DNA from: Octopus vulgaris
Taxonomy: Eukaryota
NCBI GenBank assembly: GCA_951406725.2
Contig: OX597815.1
Coordinates: 194,184,001-194,248,000 of the forward strand
Length of the DNA stretch: 64,000 nucleotides
Direction of reading: 5' to 3'
The translations under genes were made by a program, and so were the position numbers. The notes under the pieces are model-generated. The model ran no database searches and was not told where the DNA came from. It saw nothing but the letters and a program-made list of their open reading frames with translations. Shown piece after piece: positions 1 through 11,638 of this stretch (the stretch's first letter is position 1; every line of letters starts with the position of its first letter).

Positions 1-249
1 GCAGCCTTCTGGCTTCCCAGATCCCTGGTTGAACCGTCCAACCCATGCTAGCATAGAGAACGGACGTTAAACGATGATGATGATGATTTCTCATTGTGTT
101 CAACGTTTTTTTTATGTTCTGTATCTATATTACACTCTTGGAGTGGTTGGCATTAGGAAGGGCATCTGGCCATAGAAAACCATGCCAAATCAGACTGGAG
201 TCTGGCACATCGTTTCCAGCTTACCAGGTGGTGGTGGTGATGGTGGTGG

Positions 250-280
<31 letters not shown>

Positions 281-281
<1 letters not shown>

Positions 282-543
282 GAGTGAGAGAGCAGTGCAT
301 GCCATCAAAGTGACACTGGGGTAAAATATACGAAGCCCAGTATACTCATCATGACTACCCATCTGATAAGGGTACACTAGGCACATGCATCACAACCATA
401 TGTGCGCAACATGGTGATCTCATATCAAGATAAACAGCGCATGACCTTGAAGGTGGGACCCAGTTAGAATTTTCTTCGGGTCGAGTAGCCCATCCCGCTC
501 AAGAGGTGCCTGAATAAGAATTGTCTAAGGTTGTTGAACGAAG
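281..543 (-). mobile_element. Short non-coding insertion within a (TAA)n microsatellite
   Basis: Complex ~260-bp sequence bracketed on both sides by (TTA)n. Confidence 0.5.
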
Positions 544-633
544 TTTATTATTATTATTATTATTATTATCATTATTATTATTATTATTATTATTCAAATA
601 GAAATGTCCTTATTTTGTTGTGTTTGTTTATAG

Positions 634-762
634 GAGCTTGCTGGTTGGTTGCGATCTCGAGCTGTTGAAAATATTGTGAGTTCTACATCAACTCTACAGT
701 CACTAGCCAAACTACTTGGTGAGATCAGTAATATTGTAATTAAGGATGCCATTGGAGAAGAG
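634..762 (+). CDS. PIGS: PIGS (GPI transamidase component PIG-S), internal coding exon
   Basis: tttatag|GAG...GAG|gtgagt; 129 bp, phase 0/0; encodes ELAGWLRSRAVENIVSSTSTLQSLAKLLGEISNIVIKDAIGEE, matching the conserved PIG-S segment (EN..T..TL.SLA.LL..ISNIVIKD). Confidence 0.93.
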
Positions 763-998
763 GTGAGTCATTCAGTTCCATTCCCTTTGCTTACTTTAAC
801 ATTAAAACTCATGTATAGCCGTGTGATTAAGAATTCCCTGTTCTGTTCTGTCCTTTGGGAAAGGGTTCACTACCATGGCCTTAGAAAGACCAGTGCCTAT
901 TCTATCGGTCTCTTTTGCCGAACCGCTAAGTTACGGGGACGTAAACACACCAGCATCGGTTGTCAAGCGATGTTAGGGGGACAAACACAGACACACAT

Positions 999-1064
<66 letters not shown>

Positions 1065-1929
1065 AGGTTTGGAGATGATGTACAGGTATTTTATATTAGA
1101 AGAAATGAGGTACTCAGAAAATCAGATGGTTTATATTTTACAGATATTTATTTGTATATTACATTTTTTATACATCATATAACTTAGATCATATATTAGC
1201 GCTTTCTCCCATTCTCCCATTCTATATATATATATATACATATATATACATATATATATATACATATATATATACATATATATATACATATATATATATA
1301 TATAATTATTATTTGAGGGAATAAAATCCAAACTTACAAGGAAAAAAATTCAATTTAGAAGTGCTAAATTAAGTTTCACACAATATAATATATATATAAA
1401 AGTTAGAAAAAACCCACCTTTTATCAATTCAAAATGAATAATTAAATTACACCATCTAGAAAATTACATATAATAGAAAAGTTAAAATTAAAATAACAAT
1501 AAAATGTAAAGATTAAGTAAATTGCAAAAATAATAATAAAAACGTATATAATATATATAATATAATAATATAATACCTATTATATATGTTTTTATTATTA
1601 TTTTTGCAATTTAACTTTTCTATTATATGTAATTTTCTAGATAGTGTAATTTAATTGTTCATTTTGAATTGATAAAAGGTGTTTTTTTAAAAAAATTTTA
1701 TATATATATATAAACATATATACGACGGGCTTCTTTTGGATTAATATAGCAGATTACGCTAAACGACGATGATGATGATGATGATGAATTATATTTTAGT
1801 TAATTTCAATGGGGAAAATTGATTTGTAAAACGAGTAAATCGTAAGACAAACTCCAGTCATGGAACAAATTAAACTCATACCTTGCGGTATCACTGTATA
1901 ACTGTTTAATATATGCTATTCTTTTACAG

Positions 1930-2032
1930 GTAAAATTGGCAGTGTCATCTATTGAAGAAAGTATAAAACTCTTAGCGGAAGGCAAAGATGACAAAGCGTT
2001 TTTTGCCTCCAAAAAAGCTGTGATATCCTCAG
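1930..2032 (+). CDS. PIGS: PIGS internal coding exon
   Basis: ttttacag|GTA...TCA G|gtattg; 103 bp, phase 0/1; VKLAVSSIEESIKLLAEGKDDKAFFASKKAVISS continues PIG-S homology in frame. Confidence 0.9.
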
Positions 2033-2259
2033 GTATTGTATACATTGAAAAATTAAAGAAAAAAAATTATTTTGTTCTTTATAATATAGTGATGGCTATC
2101 TGCATGCAGTGTTAACATATTAGTTACATAAGTTTAGAAATTGGTTATAATTCTTCCATTGGAACCATACTTGATTTTGTTGCCATTGTCTTTAGGAAAA
2201 AGCATACTGATAACCACCACATCTTCCATCCTCTTCTTTCTTATATTTCTACTCTCCTG

Positions 2260-2970
2260 ACTACACACACACACACTTGTACACACATACATGCGTACAC
2301 ACACACATGTACACACTTGCTCACAATAAATATGGGTGTGCATATACACATGCATACACAACCATACATGCATGCAAACACAACCACACACACACATATA
2401 CACAACCATACACATGCATATGCAACCAGACACACACACACACACACTTGCACACACACATGTACACATGTGCTCACAATATATATGTATGTGCATATAC
2501 ACATGCAAACACAACCATACACACACACATACGCAACCATACACACATGCAAACGCAACCAGACACGCACACACACATACACAACCATACACACATGCAT
2601 ATGCAACCAGGCACACACATACACAACCACACACACACAACCATACACACATGCATACACAACCAGACACACACACATACACAACCATACACACACACAT
2701 ACACAACCAGACACACACACATACACAACCATACACACACACATACACAACCATACACACACATACACAACCAGACACACACACATACACAACCATACAC
2801 ACACACATACACAACCAGACACACACACATACACAACCAGACACACACACATACACAACCATACACACACATACACAACCATACACACACACATACACAA
2901 CACAACCATACACACACTCATACACAACCAGATACACACACACATACACAACCAGACACACACACACATA
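2260..2970. repeat. Compound CA-rich minisatellite (~20-22 bp, ACACAACCA(T/G)ACACACACACAT)
   Basis: Direct inspection. Confidence 0.9.
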
Positions 2971-3719
2971 CTCCCCACGTGTTTATAAGTATGTGGCATG
3001 GAAAATACAATTTCCTCATATTCGTAATAGACGTTGCAATTTCCAGATTTTCTGCTTTATTGCATAATTCAAATTCCAGATGAACAAATATGATTATTTA
3101 TTTATTTTTAATATTGACATCTTCACCATTTTTCTTTTTTTTTTGCTAAGTTTAATTTCCAAATTGAAATCCGCCATAAATGTAAATATTACACTTTTGT
3201 TCATTTGTTTAGCTGAGGAGGTTAATAAGTAATCCAGAAAATTCTCAGACATTTTGGCATGATCTATCTTTGGAATCATTTCTCAATGATCTTTCTTTCA
3301 TGTCTGGTAAGCTCCGCTGATCAGAGTAAAATCTAGAATCTGTGGCATCCAGCATCAGCCTATTTTGGCAGGAATTAGTCTATAAGAAATGGTGGCACAT
3401 AAAAGTGTCGGTGGCACATAAAATCACCCACTACACTCTCGGAGTGGTTGGTGTTAGGAAGGGCATCCAGCTGTAGAAACACTGCCAGATCTGACTGGCC
3501 TGGTGCAGCCTTCGAGCTTGCCAGACCCCAGTTGAACCGTCCAACCCATGCTAGCATGGAAAGCGAACGTTAAACGATGATGATGATGATGATGATGATT
3601 GTAAGGAATGGCAAATCCTTGCCCTTTATCTGAGAGTGAGAGAGGGGTATTGTTGCCGCCTTGCTCACTCATTCCTGGTCTACAGACATCTATCAACTTG
3701 GATGATCTGGGTACGTATA

Positions 3720-4360
3720 TCACCTTGATCACCGTGACCGACCAGGCTATCAGATGTTGCTACACGTCGCTGGTCACAATGCGCTTCGCATTGTTTTAGC
3801 CTTCAAATGACGCTACCCCGCTGGCTAAGTGAGCAGGCCAACAGAAGAAAGAGTGAGAGAAAGTTGTGGCGAAAGAGTACAGCAGGGATTGCCACCACCC
3901 CATGCCGGAGCCTCGTGGTGCTTTAGGTGTTTTTGCTCAATAAACGCTCACAACCCCAGGTCTGGGAATCGAAACCGCGATCCTACAACTGCGAGTCCAC
4001 TGCCCTAACCACTGGGCCATTGCACCTCTCCATACATATATATATATATATATCACCGTGATCACTGTGACCGACCAGGCTTTCAGATATTGTGACACAT
4101 CGCTGGTCACAATGCGCTTTGCATTGTTTTAGCCTTCAAATGATGCCACCCCGCTGGCTAAGCAAGCAGGCCAACAGAAGAAAGAATGAGTGAAAATTGT
4201 GGCGAAAGAGTACAGCAGGGATCGCTCTCCCCCCTATTGGAGCATTGTGGAGCTTTAGGTGCTTTTGCTCAATAAACACTCACAACGCCCAGTCTGGGAA
4301 TTGAAACCGCGATCCTACAACCGCGAGTCCGCTGCCCTAACCACTGGGCTATTACCCTCC
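3720..4360 (-). mobile_element. Two tandem family C SINE copies
   Basis: Same head and body as 61976-62280 in reverse orientation, with a GGTGATCACGGTGATATA tail. Confidence 0.8.
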
Positions 4361-4734
4361 GCGGATATGTATATAAGTATGTGTAAGTTTGTGCGTGTGT
4401 GTCTCTGTACATGCTCCAGGCTCGCTTTCTTTTCCCTAACATATAACATTATGGCTAGATGCCTTTCTTGTTGCTAACGTTTCGTTTGCTTGTTATGTCA
4501 TGCAAGTTATGGTGTAGTTATTCTAGAACTCTGATACACAGTCATGTCCATGTGTGTGTGTGTGTGAAAATATGGATCTGGGAAGTGGTCAGTGCTGATA
4601 TGTGTGTGGTCGTGTGTTGTGGTGTGATGTGTTGTGTAGTAAGGTGGTGCAGTGGTGTGTTGTGTGGTGTGATGGTGTTGGGAGGTGGGGGAGGCGGGAG
4701 TGGGGAAGGCAATATAAATATATATTATACATAC

Positions 4735-5115
4735 ACTAGCAGTATCGCCCGGCGTTGCTCAGGTTTGTAAGGGAAATAACTTTAAAGCATTTTTAGAGAG
4801 TTATAGCCAAAAAATAGCAAAAAAATGGAAAAAAATGATGGTAAATTTTTTTGAGAGTGAAAAAGGTGGAGTTGCGTCCCCTAGACAGTTTGCGGTTTGT
4901 GTTTCTGATTCTCGACCCCATGTCGAATTTATCGATTTTTTTTCAGAACTGGGGGAACTTTTCAAAATTTTCGCTGCGTTAGTTTTGAATTATGACATTG
5001 GGCTATGTGTGTGTCAAGTTTCATCAGAATCGGTTGAAAGCCGTGGTCAGGGTGAGGGTACAAGCAAACAGACACACAGAAACACGCACAGACAAACTGC
5101 CGTTTATATAGAGAG
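4735..5115 (+). mobile_element. Non-autonomous Helitron/Helentron-associated (HINE/Lep1-like) element
   Basis: Starts ACTAGCAGTATCGCCCGGCGTTGCTC; near the end AAGTTTCATCAGAATCGG...(CAGA/CACA)n...CGTTTATATA, the usual architecture of these elements. Confidence 0.6.
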
Positions 5116-5426
5116 AGATATACAGAGGATGCAAATAGGAAAAATAGAACTCGAAACATGAGTATATGTCATCATCATCGTCGTCGTAGTCGTTTAACAT
5201 CTGCTTTCCATGCCGGCATGGGTTGGACGGTTTGACTGAGGACTGGCGAGCCAGAAGGCTGCACCAGGCTCCAATCTAGTCTGACAAGGTTTCTACAGCT
5301 GGGTGCCCTTCCTAACGCCAACCACTCCGAAAGCGTAGTGGGTGCTTTTTACGTGCCACCAGCATGACACAAGGACCGAGAGTTCTGTGTGTTGGCGTTT
5401 ATCAAACTGGTTTCAGAACACAGGGT

Positions 5427-5466
<40 letters not shown>

Positions 5467-6829
5467 ACTTGTTTTGTGTTTTATTTGTTTCAGTGATTTG
5501 ACTGTGGCTTTGCCATGATGAATTTTAGTTCAATAAATCGACTCTAGTACTTATTCTTTATTTTAAGTCTGGTGCTTATTTTGTTGGTCTCTTTTGCTGA
5601 ACTGCTAGGTTATGGGGATGTAAATACACCAACAACAGTTGTCAAATTGTGGCAGGGGACAGACAGACAGACACACACACACACACACACACACACACCC
5701 ACGTACGGCAGTCTTCTTTTCCTCAACCAGATCTACTCACAAGATCTTGGTTGACCTGAGGCTATAGTAGAAGACACTTTCCCAGAGTTCCACACAATGG
5801 GACTGAACCTGGAATCATGTGGTCAGAAAGCAAACTTCTGGGTTCAAGTTCTGCTGAGCTCCACTTTGTCTTCCATTGTTTTGGAGGTCAATAAAATAAG
5901 AACCAGCTGATCACTGGCTTTGGTGTAACTGACTTATCCTTTCTCTTGAAATTGCTGGCCTTGTGCCAAAATTTGAAGTCAATTTGTGAGGTGTATTGCC
6001 ACATAGAATCACACACGAAATGATATGCAGTGTAGGCTGCATGTGTGCATGTGCAATTGGTAAATTTTTAGCGAAACAATGAAAAAGGTAAACATACAAC
6101 CTGAATGCATAGGTTCTGAAAAATAATTACCGTAAATCCTCGAGTATAGGTGCAGGAGTGGCTGTTTGGTAAGTAGCTTGCTAACCAACCTCATGGTTCC
6201 GGGTTCAGTCCCACTGCGTGGCATCTTGGGCAAGTGTCTTCTGCTATAGCCTCAGGCCGACCAATGCCTTGTGAGTGGATTTGGTAGACGGAAACTGAAA
6301 GAAGCCTGTCGTATATATGTATATATATATGTGTGTTTGTGTGTCTGTGTTTGTCCCCTTAGCATTGTTTAACAACCGATGCTGGTGTGTTTACGTCCCC
6401 GTCACTTAGTGGTTCGGCAAAGAGACCGATAGAATAAGTACTGGGCTTATATATTATTTCTAGCACTCTCCTTGCAACTCTCTAGCACTCTCCTTATAAC
6501 TCTCTAGCACTCTCCTTGCAACTCTCTAGCGCTCTCCTTACAGGGACATAAACACACCAACACTGGTTGTTAAACAGTGGTGGGGGACAAACACATACAC
6601 AAACATACACACACGACAGACTTCTTTTCATCTTCCATATCCACTCTCTAGGTTTTAATTGGCTCAGGCCTATACTAAAAGATATTTGCCCAAGGTGCCA
6701 TGCAATGAGACTGAACCTGGAACCATGTAGTTGGGAAGGAAGCTTTTTACCACACAACCACACATGTGTGTATTTGCACATATATATGTCTATTTATGTC
6801 TATATATGTTTATATATGTATGTATAGAT

Positions 6830-7230
6830 TGCCTTCTGTGCCGGTGGCATGTAAAAAGCACCGTTCAAGCTTGATCGTTACCAGCATTGCCTCGCCTTAC
6901 TGGCACTTGTGCCGGTGGCACGTGAAAAAACATTCAAGCGAGGTCGTTGCCAGTGCCACTGGACTGGCTCCTCTGCAGGTGGCACGTAAAAAGCACCATT
7001 TGATCATGGCTGTTGCCAGTACTGCCTGACTGGCCCTCGTGCCGGTGGCACATAAAAGCACCCACTACACTCTTGGAGTGGTTGGCGTTAGGAAGGGCAT
7101 CCAGCTGTAGAAACTCTGCCAGATCAAGTTTGGAGCCTGGTGCAGCCATCTGGCTCGCCAGCCCTCAGTCAAATCGTCCAACCCATGCTAGCATGGAAAG
7201 CGGATGTTAAACGATGATGATGATGATGAT
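6830..7230 (+). mobile_element. Family D SINE-like element with (GAT)n tail (also 1-86, 3390-3598, 5168-5365, 9320-9505, 12122-12520, 13315-13558)
   Basis: Shared body GGAGTGGTTGGCGTTAGGAAGGGCATCCAGC...CCAACCCATGCTAGCATGGAAAG..GTTAAACGATGATGAT; variable internal GGTGGCACGTAAAAGCACC repeats. Confidence 0.8.
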
Positions 7231-7839
7231 GTAAGGTGATTCTAAAGTTCCTTTGGCATTAAGCCATTTTACATAAATACTAAAGGAACTTTAGAATCAC
7301 TGAGGTCAGTCGAGCTTCTAAATAAATGTCTAGACAATTGAACGGATTACCATCATGTGTCATTTGTAGGACAATAGACATTTCTTTATTGTTTGATTGA
7401 TATGGTTCTAAAATGTATAAAACAATATATAAACCAAAAGACGTAACACAATAAAAGAGTGAAGATGATTGATTTAATGAAAAAAAACAATATACAAATA
7501 AAATTTTAGAAAAAATAAAAAATGTAATTTTTGTACATCATTTAAATGCGAAATGAATTTCTGAATCATCTCGATTTCATGTGTGTGCGTGCGTGCATGC
7601 GTATTTGTGTGTGTGTGTGTGAGTGAGTGAGTGAGTGAGTGTGTATCACTTGTGTTGTAGAGTGGGCAGCAAGTTGATACCACTGGCTTCTGTGGTGGGC
7701 TGCAGTTTTCTCAACATCCTGCCACGTGATATTGATCTCTCGTGTCAGCTATGAATGTTCTGTGTCATATACAGTTTGGTCATCTGCTCTTTTTTTTTCG
7801 TTCTGGTGGTGTTCGGCTTTCATCTGTGTATGTGACCTG

Positions 7840-7899
<60 letters not shown>

Positions 7900-8022
7900 T
7901 TATATATAAAATAAGAAAATGGAGGAATATATTTAAATCAATCATCAACTACTAGATACACATCAATGAGTAATATAATACCATAAGTACAATATGTATA
8001 AATAAATATAAATATAAAATAG

Positions 8023-8163
8023 ATCTTACAGCTGTTTCAGCCATGTAGATAAGAGTATCTCATTATGCTCATATTAGCCAGGTGTATTAAGGTAATATGT
8101 GGTTATAAATGAGATACTTATATATATATATATATATATATATCCCAGGGCCTCTTCAGAGAT
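8023..8163 (-). ncRNA. Type I hammerhead ribozyme motif in a Penelope-like terminal repeat
   Basis: Minus strand ATCT-CTGAAGA-GGCC...(long loop with helix AGTATCTCATT/AATGAGATACT)...GGCT-GAAA-CAGCTG-TA-AGAT: intact core, 4-bp stem I, palindromic stem III, GUA cleavage triplet. Confidence 0.65.
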
Positions 8164-8733
8164 TATAAAGTTCAGTTACAGAGTTATAAAATGAAAATAT
8201 GAATATTAGAGAAGGTACACATATACAAGAATAAGTACATATACATACATACACATACATATAAGTGTATATACACATGTACCTACACATATATAAGTAT
8301 ATACATAATAATATACATACACATAAGGTTACAGTTAGTCAAATCAATATATTAGAATATACATACATACACATATCCACATGAAAGTGTACATATACAA
8401 AGTCCAGAGTTTATTGTATTACGTTACAAAAGGCTATTATTCTGTTTTATTCTGTATTATTATGTTTGATCTTGATGTTCCTATATAATTAGTTAATAAA
8501 TTATATGAATTGGTATTATCTAGTAGTTGATGATTGATTTAAATATATTCCTCCATTTTCTTATTTTGTATTATGAATTTGTGGTAAAACATTTTACCTT
8601 TGCCCATATAATACAATAAATGAATTAATTGCATTGCAATTCTTAGCATTTCTGGGTGCTTTACTGGCAGTATATAGGATATATGTTATCCCATAGAGGG
8701 TTACACTCACAACCCCTATCTCACTTTGTCATT

Positions 8734-8764
<31 letters not shown>

Positions 8765-9609
8765 GGAGGCGCAATATATATATAGAGACACAGGAGTAGC
8801 TGTGTTGTAAGAAGCTTCCTTCCCATCCGCGTGGTTTCAGGTTCAATCCCACTGCATAGCATTTTGGGCAAGTGTCTTGCTATAGCCTCAGGCTGACCAA
8901 AGCCCTGTGAGTGGATTTGGTAGGTGGAAACTGTAAGAAGCCCATCATATATATATATATCTATATATTTGTGTGTGTGTGTTTGTCCCCCCACCATCGC
9001 ATGACAACCGATGTTGGCATGTTTATGTCTCTGTAACTTAGTAGTTCAGCACAAGAGACCGATAGAATAAGTACTAGGCTTACAAAGAATAAGTCCTGGG
9101 GTTGATTTGTTCGACTAAAAGCGGTGCTCCAGCATGGTCGCAGTCAAGTGACTGAAACAAGTGAAAAAATAAAAGATTATATATATATATATTTTTTGAA
9201 ACGTATATTTATATATGTGTTTTAGACACACACACACACACATATACATACATGTAAACCCTGTGATCTGAAACCAGTTTGATAAGTGCCAACACATGGA
9301 ACTTCTTGGTCCTTGTTTCATGCTGGTGGCACATAAAAAGCACCCACTACGCTTTCGGATTGGTTGGCATTAGAAAGGACATCCAGCTGTAGAAACCATG
9401 TCAGATTTGATTGGAGCCTGGTGCAGCGTTCTGGCTCACCAGTCCTCAGTCAAACTATCCAACCCATGCCAGCATGGAAAGAGGACGTTACAGAACAACG
9501 ACGACATATACTCATGTTTTGAGTTCTATTTTCCTGTTTGCATCCTCTGTACGTGTATGTATACTATATATATATATGTAAACTGTAATATAAAATAAAT
9601 CTGTTTCAG

Positions 9610-9667
9610 AGAAAGCCTTCTTTGACCAGTCACTCTTGGAATTACTCTATTTTCCTGAAGATCAAAA
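9610..9667 (+). CDS. PIGS: PIGS penultimate coding exon
   Basis: ctgtttcag|AG AAA...CAA AA|gtaagt; 58 bp, phase 1/2; (E)KAFFDQSLLELLYFPEDQ(K), the hallmark PIG-S AFFDxSLLxLLYFPxDQK motif. Confidence 0.95.
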
Positions 9668-10675
9668 GTAAGTCTGGTTGTTCTCTTTCAATTTACATCA
9701 TAGCAATTCCTACTGAATCTTTTATGTGTCACCGTGCTCAATAACCATTGTTGCCACACTATGCTATAATGCATTACAATCCATTTCACTATCCCACTGT
9801 GCCAAATGGTATATATTGTATTGTTGTTATTTAAGTCAAAGTGAGAGAATGATTTTGTCTCAAATTAACTTGAAATTTCTTGGAGAGATCTGGGTCATTT
9901 GTAGGCATGTTTGGTCAAGCAATATTTATTGGCTTAATCAAGGCGGTGAGCTGGCAGAGACGTTAGCGTGCCGGGCAAAATGCTTATTCGTATTACGTCT
10001 GACATTACGTTCTGAGTTCAAATTCCGCCGAGGTCGACTTTGCTTTTCCTCCTTTCGGGGTCAATAAATAAAGTACCACTTATGCACTGGGGTCAAAGTA
10101 ATCGACTTAATCCCTTTGTCTGTCCTTGTTTGTCCCCTCTATGTTTAGCCCCTCGTGGGTAGTAAAAAAACATAGGTATTTCGTCTGTCGTTACGTTCTG
10201 AGTTCAAATTCCGCTGAGGTCGACTTTGCCTTTCATCCTTTCGGGGTCAATAAATAAAGTACCACTTATGCACTGGGGTCAAAGTAATTGACTTAATCCC
10301 TTTGTCTGTCCTTGTTTGTCCCCTCTATGTTTAGCCCCTTGTGGGCAATAAAGAAATATAAAATGCTTTGCGGTAATTTGTCTGTCTTCATGTTCATAGT
10401 TCAAATTCCATCAAGGTCGACTTTCTTTTTCATCCTTTCAGGGGTCAGTAAAATAAGTATCGGTCAAGTACTGAGGTTGATGTGATTGGCTTACCTCCTT
10501 CCCCAAAATTGCTGGCCTTGTGCCGAAATTTGAAATCAATATTCATTGACTTAATCGAATACAGTTTTTGCTGAGAAAATTCTTCAAAAACATAAATTAT
10601 AAAAGTTCTCTCTCTGTATCTTTTCATCTGTTTTTACTTCTGTCACCTCTCTTCAAGCATATTTCTTCCTTTTCT

Positions 10676-11169
10676 AGCATGGAAGGTGTTTATAAGCCAT
10701 TTCAGAAACACACAAAAACTGTTAGATTCACTTCAACATTTAAATTTAATTTGTCAAAATATTTTTGTTGCTTTGAGACCATGACCTGTTCACTGACAAA
10801 ACTTCGTTCAGCCAGTTGGGTAGCATCTCTGCAGGCTGTCAAGCCTTTAAAAACAGCAACCATATTATCCTCAAATCAAACTTTTCATCTTAGAGAAGGA
10901 AGGACACATTGGAAAATGTGGTCATAATTGTATAAAAAGATGAGTTGGTCATGGATGGAACATCTTTAATCATTATAAGCATACTTGATCAGTGCTGATA
11001 ACAACAATATATCGTTTATATTGACCCAAAATTAGATTTTAAATTAGTAGATGCAGCACAGAATTTTGTCAGTGAATGGGTCACGGTCTCAAAGCGACGA
11101 AAATATTTTGACAAATTAAATTTAAATCACTGTGTGTTTCTTAAATGGCTTATAAACACCTTCCACACT
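10676..11169. mobile_element. MITE/foldback with ~110-bp inverted termini
   Basis: GGAAGGTGTTTATAAGCCATTT...TTTAAATTTAATTTGTCAAAATATTTT is mirrored at 11060-11165. Confidence 0.7.
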
Positions 11170-11246
11170 GCAATTGTTTTCATTCCAGCACACTATCTCA
11201 GATCAAGTCACTCGCTATGCAAGTACATCTTCCTTTTCTGTTTTAG

Positions 11247-11373
11247 GTTTGCCATTTACATTCCACTGTTCCTGCCAGTTAGCATACCAGTCATTATTTC
11301 CACATTCCATGCCATTAGATGGATGAAGCGCAAATGGTCTGGGAAATTAGGTGAGAAAAAGAAAGCCGAGTGA
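11247..11373 (+). CDS. PIGS: PIGS last coding exon (TM helix, C-terminal KKxx ER-retrieval motif)
   Basis: ctgttttag|G TTT GCC...TGA; phase 2 fits previous exon; FAIYIPLFLPVSIPVIISTFHAIRWMKRKWSGKLGEKKKAE*. Confidence 0.95.
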
Positions 11374-11592
11374 GTTTGTGCTGAAATCCTTTCTAACGAA
11401 TGTGAACCAATTAAATTATTAACACCAACCCATGTACATACTTAACGAACAAATTCAAATGAATTCCTATGAATTCTCGATTGTCTCCCACTATCGACTG
11501 ATAGCAAGGTTGATATAAGGGTCTGAGTGCTGGAGGTGCTGTTTGTTGGGAGGCAAGTGGTTAAAAAGCCCAAAAAAAAAAATCTCCCCCTG

Positions 11593-11638
11593 AATAAAAA
11601 TGAATAAAAAACAACAAAAAAAAACACTAATGAATAAA
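11593..11638 (+). promoter_or_regulatory. Candidate PIGS polyadenylation signals
   Basis: Three AATAAA hexamers 220-265 bp after the stop codon, in an A-rich tract. Confidence 0.35.

Noticed and set aside
649-1182. 177-aa ORF as a standalone gene
   Set aside because: Only 634-762 is a PIGS exon; the rest runs through intron, SINE and (TA)n
1806-2045. Minus-strand 79-aa ORF
   Set aside because: Antisense shadow of the PIGS exon at 1930-2032
2134-3083. Long Cys/Val/His/Thr-rich ORFs (also the YI-repeat ORFs at 23.7-24.8, 34.1-34.8, 37.4-37.8 and 56.1-56.6 kb)
   Set aside because: Translations of microsatellites that lack stop codons
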